Source: Eledone cirrhosa (lineage: Eukaryota). From it: a stretch of 64,000 bases of DNA. How positions within the stretch are numbered: position 1 is the first letter of the stretch; each line of letters starts with the position of its first letter. Made by a program: the position numbers and the translations under genes. The stretch is taken from assembly GCA_964016885.1 (NCBI GenBank), contig CAXHJY010000461.1, positions 34,831 to 98,830 on the forward strand, given 5' to 3'. This document shows positions 11,649 to 25,133 of this stretch, one piece after another. The notes under the pieces are model-generated. The model did not search any database, was not told where the DNA came from, and saw only the letters and a program-made list of their open reading frames with translations.

Positions 11649-13480
11649 AAAGGTGAATCCATGCTTCATATAGCCTCCAGGTATATTTGGACTGTTTACA
11701 TTTATTCCAAGCGTCTCTAACCCTTCATTTGAGTTTTAAACTTGATAAGAGTTTAGAGCAAGTGACCCACTTACCACAGGTGAGTCACTCGTATTAATAT
11801 GATGCCCCTGTTAAGAGGGTGTCGCCTTAGTTAAATTTCCTCTCAAAAAACTTTTTTGCACCAACATTTTTAACATGGATACAGTTAGAGAGAGCATTGT
11901 AAGACAATACAGAGAGAGGGAGAGAGAGCATTGTATGACAACACAGAGAGAGGGAGACGATGTTGTCAACAGTCAGGCAAGTCAACATTCTATCAAAGGT
12001 AACTTCACCAAAAAGTATTTTAAAAGAAAATAACTCGTTTTCAATGATATTGTTTTACGATCAAAACAGTTAAGTGGTTCCAACAGAAACACCAACACAA
12101 CCAATAACAACAGCAACAATGATAAAAATGTAAACAGCAACGAAAATAACGACAAAATCAAAAAAAGTCAATAACAATGAAAACAACAACAACAACAGCA
12201 GTATCAACAGAAACAACAACAACCGCACCAACTACAGCGACATATACACTTTTACTGCAGTAGCAGCCAAAACGAGGCCATTCCTCAGCATGAATCTCAG
12301 CAAGAAAAAGGGAAAGTTGGCCAGGCCTGGAAGCTCATCAAACAAGAGCAAACCTGGGCCAACTGAACTGTCCCAGCAGAAACCATAAAAGCAGTAGAAA
12401 GAAGAATGGTGCATTTCAGCCCAGACGAAAAAGCGACAATAATTGCCCAAGCCAAAATTGAAGCTGTACTGAGGTGCATCAGGGATGACACCATGTACAT
12501 AGCAAGGGGCAGACAACATGGCACCATTTTGGTGTTGTTTAAGTCAGAAGTTCTCACTATTAAACACGTAATGACCCCTTGCAAAACCAGCAAGTTTATT
12601 ATGTACTCCTCCCACATGGGAAAAAGATCAGTGAAATTCCCCTACGACTAGATATGTGGTGGCTCCTGGGATGCGTGATTGTCGAGGAGATGGATACCAT
12701 CCCGATCGAGGTAATGAGAACTGGTCTGGGGTTGACCTGGAGATACTTCTCCAGATCAGGCCAGAAAAATCCCGGACCATATACGCCTCCAAAAAGGGAC
12801 AGTCCTACACATAATGACTGAAGGCAAAAGGCTGCTTTGTTTCGTTGTGGTAAAGCAACTCACTTGAGAGCATTCTGCTCTCAGCTCAAAAATGTAAGGG
12901 GTCAAAAATCTCCACTGCTGCCAACAGCTAGGACAAAAAACAACAAAGCAAATAGCACCAACAACAACACCAGTAGGGACCATTAAAACTACACAAGGCG
13001 TCACCCAAACAAGCCCTCCTTCTTCCAAACATATACAGAGTAAACACATTCCCACTCCCCTCTGACACAGAGTCCCCAGACTTCAATTCCTCCTTATCCC
13101 CAAGTGAAGATGGGGAGGGGGGTAACCCCAAAACTAAAAACAAAAATACATCACACACCAACAAGTACTCAAAACATACCCACAGCTAACACAAACACAA
13201 CACCTCAACTGTCTACAAAAACCACCAACAACACTGACACAACCACAAAAAATAAACATACACAACCACAGACAAAAATGAAAACCCGCACCTTTGTGTT
13301 GTTAAGAAAGAGCAACAAAGATCTAATGTCTCTTGCAACAGGAAGCCAACACATTGACAAAGAGGGGAGGTTTTTGGCACCTGCACCTTTAAAGTACCCC
13401 AAACACGAAAAAGAATTTGAGAAAGCTTTCCCTATGACATGGGAACCCCTAGTGCACAATCTAATCGACTTTTACCGCCC
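11649..13480 (+). mobile_element. L1/Tx1-clade LINE remnant C (5'UTR plus ORF1)
   Basis: 5'UTR AGTTTTAAACTTGATAAGAGTTTAGAG; ORF1 YIARGRQHGTILVLFKSE..SHMGKR..DMWWLLGCV; ends at a SINE-type tail. Confidence 0.75.
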
Positions 13481-13740
13481 TCCAATATTGTTGGCCTTGT
13501 GCCTAAATCAGAAACCATTATTATTATTATTATCAGTGGATTGGCAGTATCGGTAGAGGGTCGGACGCTATGCTTTGACGTATAGAGTTACGGCCCTTGC
13601 CATTCTGAGTTCAAATCCCGCCGAGGTTAATTTTGCTTTTCATCCTTACGGGGTCGATAAAATGAAGTACCAGTAATGCTCTGGGTAATTTCTGGCCTTG
13701 TGCCAAACGTAGAAACAATTATTATTATTATTATTATTAT
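13481..13740 (+). mobile_element. SINE 3' end followed directly by a full SINE (13534-13740)
   Basis: GGCCTTGTGCCTAAATCAGAAACC(ATT)n, then GTGGATTGGCAGTATCGGTAGAG..GAGTTCAAATCCCGCC..(ATT)n. Confidence 0.85.
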
Positions 13741-13959
13741 ATATATATGTTTTCAACCAATTATGATGTCTTTTTTTTTTGGAGCTCAGCAAAAGTGGTA
13801 AATTTTCAGTTTATTTTTGTTTGTAATAATTGTTGCATTTTGTGAAAAGGGTCGTAAGACTTCCATCTTTGTCCTGTGAAGGGGGACGCTATAATATTTG
13901 AGCCTTTTACCCCAATGGTAAGTCTGCTGTCGTGTGACAGAAGCTTAAACATTGAGAGG

Positions 13960-16900
13960 AGGGATACGGCGAACACAACATGAACAATGACAGCAGCATC
14001 AGTGAGAGCATTAATGTTTCAAAAAGTGACAACAGCAGTAACAGCGACAGCCAAAAGACAAACAACAGAAACAACAAAATTAACACCACAAACAAGAACA
14101 TGAACAGTGACAGTACCAACAGCAACAAAAACAACCACTGTGGCACTGTGGCAAAGATAAAACCAACTGCAACAGCAATAAGAATGACGACAGCACCACC
14201 ACCAACAACAACAACGACAACAAAGAGAAAAACTCTTTCGCTGTCGCAGCAGTCAATAAAAGGCCAAGCTTTAGCATGGACCTGACGAACAAAGAAAAAA
14301 AGTTGGCTCAGACATGGAAGCTCATCAAACAGGAACAAACCTGGGCCAGCTTAACTGTCCCGGCAGTGGCGAGGAGAACTCTAGTCTTTAGATGCATCTC
14401 AACTGAGACAAAAAAAGCCACCAACACTCCCCAAGCAGATGTCGAGTCTGCGCTGAGGTGCATCAGAAACGATACAGAATACATAGCAAGGGGTAGACAA
14501 TACGGCACCATCTTGGTGCTGTTTAAGTCAGAAGCCCTCACTTTGAAGCATGCGATGACCCCTTGCAGAATCAGCAAGGTTATAATGTACCCCTCCCACA
14601 TGGGAAAAAGAACTGTTAGAGTCTGCATTCCCAGGATTCCACCAGGACTAGATATGTGATGTGGTGGCTCTTGGGATGCGTGATTGTGGAGGGGACATGC
14701 CGTCCCAATAGAAGTAACAAGAACAGAGAGCACTGGTCCGGGATTGATCTGGAGATACTTCTCCAGATCAAATCTGAAGAACTAAGGAAAATTCCGGAGA
14801 AGATTCGTCTCCAAAACGGGATGGTTCTACAAGTGATGACTGAGGCCACAACGCCGCACTGTTTCGTTTGCGGTGAAACAACACACTTGCGAGCCTTCTG
14901 TCCTCAGGTATTGAAAAATGCAAGGGGTCAAAAGTCTGTGCTGTTGCCGATGTTGGGGCCTCAAAAACAACAGCATGAACACCAGCGACCACCAGCAAAA
15001 CCAACAACAGCTACAGAACCACCACAACCAATAACAAAGGCAAAGACCACTCAGAGGCCACTCCAAAGAAGCTCTCCTGCCTCCCCTTCTCGAACACACA
15101 CATACACATTGAAACACTTACATCTGACACAAACACAGCAACCTCTTCATCACTGAGCGAGGATGAGGAAGAGCACCAACAACTGAAAAAACAAAAAAGA
15201 AATCTCACTCAGCAAACAAAGAAGACACTTGCACCAAACACAGACACATACCATAATACCCACCCCTGCAACAACACAATACCCACCTCCACCAACAACT
15301 AAAACACACACAGCAACAACTCACAACCACGACACCACCTAACTTCTTTTAAAGAGATTCCCAAAGCCCCCCCAACCAGGCATGGAGGTCAAACCGCCCA
15401 ACCTCCAACAGCACCCTGGGAGTAAGTAACCCTCTTTTTTTTTTACCAACATGGTCATATTAAGAGTAGGAAGTTTAAATGTTTGAGGCCTGGGGTTGCC
15501 TGCTCAATGACCTCAGGTCTCTAGAAATGGATGTAATTGCTGTCAGCGAGACCAGGATTTCTGACGCGCGCACTACCCCCCCCATGTTCGACGACTATCA
15601 GATCTTCGCATCTATTAGTTGGCTGGGAATGGGAGGTGGGGGTGGCAGTGTTGTTTAGGAAAGGCCTGGATCTCAAGGTAAGGTCGATCTTCCGGGACCC
15701 GGGATGGTAAGTTGGTGGTCCTGGACGTGAGCAATAGCGAAGGTGACGCTTTTAGACTGATAGCCGTCTATGCTCCTGGAGGGCCAAATTTCTTTAAATG
15801 CCTGGAAACCTTTCTAGGTAGTCTTGCTCTTTACTGTTAGCAGGGGGACTGGAACGGCATCTTGTGAACCTGGACCAACCACATAGGGTCATCTAGATTG
15901 TATACGGACAGGATTTTCATTAAGGAAATAGATAGAAATAGTATAGACTGTCCACGTTTTAAAACGGTCTCCTATTCAGATCACAAGTTTGTGATCTGTA
16001 TGGTCGACCTATATAAGACGCGTAGTTTAGGACCTGGTTACTGGAAGAGGAACATGTCGTTTCCGGCACGTAAGGCTTATGGGGACCGGATCAACAATTT
16101 AGTTAAGCAAAAGTTGACGGGGATGGGGGGATTGTCAACAATAGGTGGTAGTGGGGCTCTCAATAGAGAGATTAGAGTAATTTCGATAGGGTTTAGCAAA
16201 GAAGTAGTGTTAGAGAAGAATAGAAAGGAGGGGGAGCTGGTAGCTAAGTTAGACAAGGATATTTGTAGTGGCATTGAAACTGACATGCTAGCGGCGAGAA
16301 TGGCATTAGACCATTTCTTCAATGAGAAACATGAAGGTTGCATTGTCAGAGCTAAGGCGTGTGTTCTGAGAAACGAGGGAACCAAAGCTGTTTGATGGGC
16401 TCACGTGGCGGAGGCACAGCATGGTAATAAAACCTCAATTCGGTCTTTGGCGGACCAAGACAGGCACGAGCTGAGCAATTCCAAGCAGATGCGTGAGGCC
16501 CTTCGCCAGCACTTTGCTAGGTTGTTCGGGGAAGTGGCGGGTCAGAGACAATAGCGGACTTCAGTCCCTACCTCGATGGCTTGCCTCGCCTCTTGACAGC
16601 CAATGCTGAACGCTACGAAGGGCCCATTACTTAAGCTGAAATTCCGGGTGCCCTTGTCGGCTGCACGAAGCACAAGCCACCTGGTTTGGATGGTCTGCCC
16701 TACAAGCTTTACGTAAATATGCCAGGCTTGTTCTCCAATCTCCTTGAAGCGCTCTACTGCAACTGGCAGCAGAACAAGAGGGACACATTAGATAACTCCA
16801 GGCACATAACTCTGCTCAACACAGAGTTTAAGATTTTGGCCAAGGTGTTAGCGAAGAGGTTGCCGCTTGTCGTTGAGGATTTGGTTGGGGAGGCGCAAAC

Positions 16901-18770
16901 TGGCGCAATCCTGAGACCAGGTCCATACACGACAACCTTCACCTCATGCAATAAATCATAGAGAGGGTAGGGTGTAAACCTGGCTTCAGTGGGGCTTTGA
17001 TCAATTTAGATCAATCAAAAGCATTCGATATGGTCGAGGATCGGTACCTGGAGGTTGTTTTCAAGGCAGCTGGCTTCGGCCCCGTCTTCAGAAGTTGGAT
17101 CGCTTCAATGCACAGTGGCATCAGCTCAGTGGTCAAAGTTAATGGCCACCTCTTGGAACCGTGTCAGATCTCCCGATCGGTCCGTCAAGGGTGCCCTCTC
17201 TTCTCCCTTCTGTACGTATTGAGTTTCAAGCCTTTACTGCGGAAGCTCGAGCTGTTGCAGGGCATCCTGCTTGAACCAGGACGTGGAAAGGCTGTGTCGG
17301 CTTATGCGAATGACATTACAGTGATGGTGTCGGACACCTCGGAAATCAAGGCGGTCAGCACCTTATTGGAGGAATATGAAAGGTTGAAGGGAGCGAAACT
17401 TAACCCAGAAAGTTGGTGGGCTTCTAGCTCGACACGCGGAGTGTCACGTCCATGCCGTCCAATAGTACCGGGCGCAAGATGGACAGACCAGTCAAGTTGC
17501 TTGAGGTTTGGTTTGGACCAGACCTCCAGGTGGATAATTGGGATGAGGTAGCCAGTCTCACCCAGAAATGGGCTGCAAGGAAGCTATCACTGAAATGTCG
17601 GGCGGAGGTGGAGTTTGCGCGCGTACATCGCGTCTGTCATCTACTGCCACCTGACCATCGTGCCTTGCCCCCATCCACCTCCCGCCAAGTTGGAATGGCT
17701 CCTCTTCAAATTCTTGTGGAGGGGACAGGTTCCGTTGGTCCATCTGCTGCCAGCACCCTCTACATGGGGGGCTGGGAATGCCATGGCTAATGATGTGTTG
17801 AGGCTGTGGCATCTCCAGATATTCTGCCTAAACAGTGAACTGGTGTGGTTGCCGTTTGTCAGATGGGCCTTTCCATAGCTCATCTCTTTGACTGAGCTGC
17901 AGTCCTGGGTCAAGACGAGACCGAGACTGGGTAACTGGCATCTGGAATGTTGCCAGGCACCCACTTCCCTCTGCCAGGTGGTCTTGAGTTCTATAGAGGA
18001 TTAGTGATGAGCAATTGCGACGACGCACTTGGAGAGGCTCTGGGCGTCGACAAAGTTGAACTGACTAGTCTGTTCCAGAGGTCTTTTGAGCTGGGGACGA
18101 TGGATAATTTCCAGAAATCCCTCACCTTGCACCAGGAGGCAATGCCTGTTTAGGATAAACTCTACAGGCACAGAAGTACTGTCAGACAGACCTGTCTGTG
18201 ATGAGTGCAGAGCAACAAAACAATTCTGCATGCACTCGTCCAGTGACCGTGCATTACTGACTTGTGGAGTTATGTCGAACAGCTGTTGTCGTGTGTAGAA
18301 TGGTTCCGGCTATCGGCCAAGTCCATAGTGGAGATCGACTCACCGCCTTCTTTTGGCCAGGAAGGGCAGGCATTTTTCCTCTGTCTGGTGGACCAGGTTG
18401 AAAGGACTAAAGACAGACACTTTTCTCTTCGGCCAATCCCTCATCAACTTCTTCAAGTTTCACCTGGAAAGAATGGTGAGGGTGGAAGGAGAAGTGCTCC
18501 CCCCCCCCCCCCAGTATATTTACTAAAAGATGGGTGAATGTGGTGTGAATGGCCCATGTGAGTAGGCCTACTCTGATTATGCGCTGTAGGCTGGTGGATT
18601 TGAGGGATTGGGGAATTCTCATTGAAATATTTTTCTTATTATCTTGTTATTGTTATTTATATTTTTTTTACACGTTTTATATATTACCCCCACTGTCCCT
18701 GTCTATTCTATTCTTCCCTATATGTTGGGCCTTGTGGCCGATAAATGAAACCATTATTATTATCATTATT
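13960..18770 (+). mobile_element. L1/Tx1-clade LINE D, near full length, pseudogenised
   Basis: ORF1 with CFVCGETTHLRAFC knuckle; ORF2 from 15451 with APE motifs (GDWNG, YSDHK, GPGYWK) and RT motifs (PGLDGLP, ITLLNTEFKILAK, LDQSKAFD, SVRQGCPL, AYANDI); many frameshifts; (ATT)n tail. Confidence 0.9.
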
Positions 18771-20582
18771 GAAATGTTTCATATTGGCTCCAGATTTTTT
18801 TCAACTGTGTACATTTATTGGGACTGCTTCTAACCTTTTATTCAAGTTTTAAACTTGATAAGAGTTTAGAACAATGGTGCCACTGAAAAAAGGGACCATT
18901 TTTTTCGGAATGTAGAGACAGTGATAGTCACAGAGGAGGAGATGGTGGTTGCAAGGGCGATGGTGACTAGAAAAGAAAATCGAGTCTCCCTGAAAACTCC
19001 ACCTGATTTTTTCAAAGACCAACAGCTGTGTACAGTGACATATCGTATGATAAGCAAAAAATCACACTGGGTGGAGGGAGCCACGTAGGCTCAAATTCAA
19101 AAGGCCTTGGTGTGTGTGTGGTCATGCAAAACCCACATCACCCGAAGCAAAAAGTATGCCACCATGGACGAGCTTTTTGCGACCCCCCAAGAGGCGAAGT
19201 CTCACTCCTTGGTGACCCTAAAGAGTGAGGAGATGGTATTAGTGCCCTCCTACTGCGGGCAGAAGATTGTGAGGGTCAAAGAGACTCAGGTCCTGCCCAA
19301 CGTACCCATACTTTGGCTGGCCGCAGTTGTTCTCACCAGAATCGAGGACAGGATGACCATGCTGCAAATGCAGAGAATAGGGAGGGAGAACTGGTCAGGT
19401 ATTGAAATGCAGATGCTAATCCAAACTGACCAGGAGTGTATCGAGGTTATCTCACACGTTATAGACCTCGAAGAAGGAATTCAACTCCACATAAGCGTGG
19501 AAGGAAGCCAGCCAAAGTGCTATCTCTGTGGGTAGAAGGGTCACCTCAGTGCTTTTGCCCACAGAAGTCAGCAAAGGAGAAGGCTCCCTCCTTCTGAAGG
19601 CTGGTCCGCTGCTACCAGGTCCTTCCGCAGTGGGTAGGAGGGCAACATCCATGGTACCCATATCAAGACCACAAACAACTAAAACAGTGGCGGCAACACC
19701 AACAGTTGCATTGTCGCTGGAGCAGGCTCCATTACCACCACCAACAGCCGTGGAGCTCAAACCCCTTCCAGACTCCGCACACTCCAACATGGATTGTGAG
19801 GCTGGAGTGGAAAAAGGTCTGCCACAAAAAGAAAAGGAAAAACCCCTTAGCTTCGCTTTCCAAAAGTGAGGGCAGACAAAGAGGAGTAAAGACTGCAAGG
19901 CAACTTGCAGCAACACAACCAACAACAACCACTGCATCACCACAAACACCAACATCACAAACACAACAAGGCATACACTCCCAACAGCAGCAACAAAACC
20001 AAATCCCTTCCCAAAAACTTACACAGCCATAAACATTGCAAATAAAGAATTTATGGAACATATAAAGCAGCACACAGACATTACAGACAAAAATTACTAC
20101 ACTCCACCAACACCAAGAACATTACCAAAAAATATAAACATCATTCAAATCGAACTGAAACAATATAAACTTTTGAAACAAAAGTCACTCTCCAAGAGAA
20201 TATACATAGACATCATCTTGTAGACATCCATGACCAGCTGAAGGGATGGTTCTACTGTCCCTTCCCCACATGATCAAGGTAAGTGATCCTTTCTCACTTA
20301 CTTCGTTCCTCACCCGGCATGGCCGTACTCAGAATAGGCAGTGTAAATGTACGTGGCTTGGGATCATCTTGGAAGCAGGGTCACCTGCTCAACGACCTCA
20401 GGTCACTAAACATAAATGTGGTGGCCATCAGCAAGACCAGAATTTCCAAAGCACGAGCCTTCGCACCAATCTTCGGCAGCTACGATCTATACACATCTTC
20501 CAGCCGTCCGGGAGAGGAGTTGCTGTGCTTTTTCGGAGAGACTTGGATCTCACCATACGGGCCATCTTCCTGGACCCAGAAG
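18771..20582 (+). mobile_element. L1/Tx1-clade LINE remnant E (same family as B), truncated in the endonuclease
   Basis: 18900-20580 is colinear with 8640-10295; ORF2 starts at 20319 (MAVLRIGSVNVRGLG). Confidence 0.85.
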
Positions 20583-22050
20583 TTCCACATGACAAAGTAA
20601 GACGCGCGAGAAAGTGTGACCTGAAGGTAAATTATGCCATCACACCGACTAAAAATAACTCCTGTTCAGACACTTACACCGCTCCCACCACTATAACCAA
20701 CAACAACAACAAAAGCAGCAGAAAGCAGGCAGGAGCCGCCCAAGTGCAATATCCTTCGCGAAGGCTGCCAAAAACATAGAAAGAAATCCACGTCAGTGAC
20801 AGGGAGGTGAGGGAGGTCAAGCTTTTGGTCAAGAAGAGCGGACACAGGGTCAGCCTCACCCATCCACCCGATGTTTGTGTTTTGTCTCATACCATAGAAC
20901 TGGACTCGGATCACACTGATGTTGAGGAAACAGGGGATAGAGCTGATTATCCAGTTGAACTATGAGAGCATAGAGGCCATCCTTGTGATTGACCTGGACA
21001 AGGGCAGCCATCTACTCATGACTGTTGAAGGTAGAAGGCCGAGGTGTAATGGGTGCAGAGATAAAATGCACCTAAACGCCTTCTGCCCAAAACTAACCAG
21101 GTGGACACATGTCACCCCTTCTCCCTATACTTGGTGTGGCCAAACCATCTGAGGCTGCAGTAGCAGCAAAACTACCAGCACCAGTCACACCAACAATAGA
21201 AACACAGTCTCTACCACCAAGACCACTGGAGCGCATACCCCTTCCTGATAAAGCACAATCGGACAAAGTGTGATGACGCTGTAGGGTGGAAAACTGTCGG
21301 AGCGAGATAAAAAAGAGAGAGCTCCCACCCTTCGCCCTCAAAAAAAAAAAGAGGATGAAAAAACAAAAAGAAGTGAAGACATCAACACCCCCACAACCAC
21401 CTTCATTATCATCAGCCCCATCGCCACTTCCATCAACACCACAGCAAACACAGAAAGCACCAACATCCCAATAGCAGACATAATTCACAGCTATAGACAC
21501 AGACAACAAAAAGCTTTTAAATTACATACAACTCAACACCAACATCTCAGAAACAAACCCTCAAAATTGCACCTCCCATATACATAAAAATAGTCAAAAT
21601 TTCACAGAAGATATATGCAACTTCAAAGAAAATGTTCTTCAAGGCAATTGTAGACTATTGAGGGACCCTCACAAAAAGAATGTACTCTGATATTCCTGTG
21701 GAAAAATCCATCACTGGATCGGAGAGATGGATCACCCACCCGCTTCCTAAAAAGCCAAAGGTTAAGTTTTTATTTTTTTCCCTCTCATTTGTTTTCCTCC
21801 TATCTTATTCAACATGGCTTCTCTCAGGATAAGCAGTAAAAACACGTAGCCTGGGTTCGTCTTGGAAGCAGGGCCACTTGCTCAACCTCAGGTCACTGAA
21901 CATAGATGTGGTGCCATCAGCAAGACCAGAATCTCCGAGGTATGAGCATTCGCACCCATTTTCAGCGGCTACAAGGTGTACACATCTCTAATCCTTCCCA
22001 GATCTGGGAGTGGAGTGGCAGTGTTGTTCCAGAGAAGTCTGGATCTCTAC
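20583..22050 (+). mobile_element. L1/Tx1-clade LINE remnant F (third ORF1 type plus ORF2 start)
   Basis: TVEGRRPRCNGCRDKMHLNAFCP knuckle; ORF2 start at 21814 similar to B and E. Confidence 0.75.
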
Positions 22051-22219
22051 CTGTAACCCTTCCAATCATTGTCACAAACAATGACATTAAAAGAGTTCTT
22101 TCTCATTCCTAGATGGACTTCATATATGCCAGAAGATAAAACCAGGTTTAGAAGCTCTGAAAAAGGAAGAACCCAGACGAATTGCTGACAGCCGGCGTGG
22201 AAGGAGACTTCTTATCACA

Positions 22220-22940
22220 AAGTCCTTGGATGTCTTAATTTGGATGCCTTTACTGTTTCTACTGCAACTTTTTGCATCTGCTTGTATCGTGAGTGCAAGA
22301 AGGACTTATTTCTGAGCCAAGCTTTGTAAGTTCCCTGCTACCTGGCACCACACAAAGCCACATTCTAAATTCAAATTCAACTGGAATTTTTGTGTATCTA
22401 CATAATATCCTTATTTCTAAGAATTTGCTATTAACTACAGAAAATAACAGTAACAAAAGTCAAACACTATAAATAATAGCTAAGAAAATCAGGTAAAATA
22501 TCCCCAATAGACAGAAAAAAGGGGCCAGCAGCCACTACTGAAAAACAATCTTCATAACTCTTTGAATACTATGCAAGTGCATTAACCGTTAGGCTAAAGG
22601 ACAGCTGACCACCCGTTCCGTCTAAATTAAAGTGTTTTACTCAACAGCTTGTGGCTGATGTCAGAAGTAAATCTTATAAATTATTGAAGCACTGGATCAT
22701 TAGAAATTTGAAAATATGGGAAACCTAAATGCAAAAAATACCTGTAACAGACTTCTTTTTTGCCCAATTATTCCTGAGAGGGATATGGGGGCGGAGTCTT
22801 CAAACACGCCTTCCAATGGATCCTGTCAAAAGCAACTGTCTCTAACTGATTTGGCTGGATCCCCAAGCAAGACTAGCCAAGCTCATTGATGTTATCCAGC
22901 CATCTTACTCGGGGTCTACTGCCAGTTGGTTTTGCCCGTA
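22220..22940 (-). mobile_element. RTE-clade (Rex3/Expander-like) LINE fragments
   Basis: Minus 22937-22765 reads AKPTGSRPRVRWLDNINELG*SCLGIQPNQLETVAFDRIHWK; 22340-22220 reads TYKAWLRNK..RYKQ; second 3' copy at ~40555-40675. Confidence 0.55.
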
Positions 22941-23234
22941 AAATAAGTCAAGCATTTCTTTCTTGAGATATTCTAACAACATGCCCTGTAACAGTTAATA
23001 GCTATAAATAATAACTTGAGGAAATCATAAAATACTCCTGTAGATGGAAAATGTAGGCAGTATCTGTGTGTGTGTAAATGAGCCTATATCAACTAGTTTT
23101 GATACCCCTTCCACCTTGGCAGCACATGTGAATCCTATTCATGAAGATTATGAACAGAAGTGAAAATAAAAAGGACCTCTGATGGTGTCCAACACGCACA
23201 TTGAAAGGTTCAATTCAACACCTTTTATCTAGAC

Positions 23235-23480
23235 ATAAATTTGTAGAGTTGTCCATTGCCAATGATATCAAGCAGAGACTCCTCTCCAGCACTCACTGTA
23301 CACAGCACTCATTCACTTCCTTTTGCTCTAACATTTTTACAATATTCCCTGACTCTCCTTTCATTTTGCCAACATTGGTAGTGGCAACTCAGTTTTGGAA
23401 ATCATAGGAAGGGGGATTGTTGTGGAGGGTAGCTGGATTAGTATTGGCTTTCCATTTTGGAAATGAAGAGTCTGCATGGT
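23235..23480 (-). mobile_element. RTE LINE endonuclease start, inverted relative to the adjacent RT
   Basis: LRVATTNVGKMKG..IVKMLEQKEVNECCVQ, homologous to the endonuclease start at ~31.5 kb. Confidence 0.65.
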
Positions 23481-23519
23481 AGCCCAGCCATATTTGAAAA
23501 GATCCCCAAAAATATACCC

Positions 23520-25133
23520 AAAGGAAGGACCAACTATTGTAGTTGATAGGTTTAGGGTCAAAGACGCAATCAAGGACATGAAAAATAGTAAAGCTGCAGG
23601 TCCATCAGAAATAGTTGTTGAGATGCTAAAAGCATCAGGAGAGGTAGGACTCAAAATAGTAACCTGCATAGTAAATCAAGTAATACATGACGGAGTCATA
23701 CCCAATGACTGGTGCAGCAGTAAACACAGGCATAGGTGATGCTCTAGAAAAGAGCAACTATAGAGGAATGAAATTAATGGACTAAGTTATGAAAGTGACT
23801 GAAAGAGTTATAGCACAGCTAATTATGGAAAAAGTCAAAATAGATGAGATGTAGTTTGGTTTCATGCCTGGGAAAAGTACTGCAGATGTTCTCTTCTTAG
23901 TGAGGTAACTACAGGAGAAGTTCCTAGCAAAAAATAAACCACTATATTTAGCTTTTGTTGATCTAGAGAAGGCCTTTGACAGAGTACCTCAATCTATTAT
24001 CTGGTGGTCCTTAAAAAAATTAGGTATAGAAGAATGGCTTGTGAGAGCAGTGCAAGGCATGTATAGAGGAGCTGTCAGTAAAATGAGAGTTGGAAATGAG
24101 TTTAGTGAGGAATTCAAGGTTCAGTTCTTAGCCCACTGCTGTTCATCATAGTTCATCAAGCCATAATAGAAGAGTTTAAAACGGGCTGACCATAGGAACT
24201 TCTCTATGCAATGATTTGGTCCTTAAAGCTGAAACAAATCAAAAGAGAACTAGAAAATAAATTCCAATTATGGAAACTGAATTTGGAATCAAAAGGCCTG
24301 AAAATAAACTAAAGTTCTAGTGAGTGGGAGAGAAGACAGGGCCTAGATTCCCTCAAGGAAGTGGCCATGCTCAATATGCAGAAAAAGAGTGGGCATAAAC
24401 TCCATACAATGTGCTCAATGTAAATCTTGAGTATACAAAAGATGTAGTCGGATATCAAGTAAACTAACAGGAAGGGAAAACATTGCTTGAAGAAGATGCA
24501 CAGGAGAAATCGAGAGGAAGACTGCTCATGATATAAAGCTTTTCCAATCACAGGAAGGATCCATAGATGTGATTGATAGCTTCTGCTATATAGGTGACCT
24601 AATTTGCAGTAGAAGAGGGTGCACTGAGAGTATAATAGCTAGAATAAGGATACGATGGAAGAAGTTTAGAGAACTGCTCCCACTGCTGACAACAAAAGGT
24701 TTCTCCCTATACACAAAAGGAAGGCTGTGTGTAGTGCATAATGCTGCATGAAACATGGGCTGTGACTGTAGAGGACATGCGTAGACGAGAGAAATGAAAC
24801 AACCATGTTCCATTGCATGTGCAATGTAAATGTAAGAGAAAGGCAGAACTTGGGCAAGCTGAGAGAGAAGCTGGGCTTAAAGGGAATCAGATAAGACTTG
24901 CATTGGTATGGACAATGACCGACGGGTGAAGAAATGCCAGGAAATCCTAGTGGAAGGAAGCCGCAGTAGAGGACAACCAAGAAAGATCTGTAAGAGTGGA
25001 TCTTAAATCGCTAAGACTGGCAGAGGAGATGATGAAGGAACATGACAAGTGGAGAGATGCTGTGCTGAGAAGGACCCACCCAACCCATGCAAGCATGGAA
25101 AAGCATACGTAAAAACAATGATGATGATAATGA
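23520..25133 (+). mobile_element. RTE-clade LINE, RT to 3' end, decayed
   Basis: KAAGPSEIVVEMLKA, NYRGMKL, FGFMPGKST, AFVDLEKAFDRVP, FCYIGD; tail CCCATGCAAGCATGG..(TGA)n. Confidence 0.9.
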
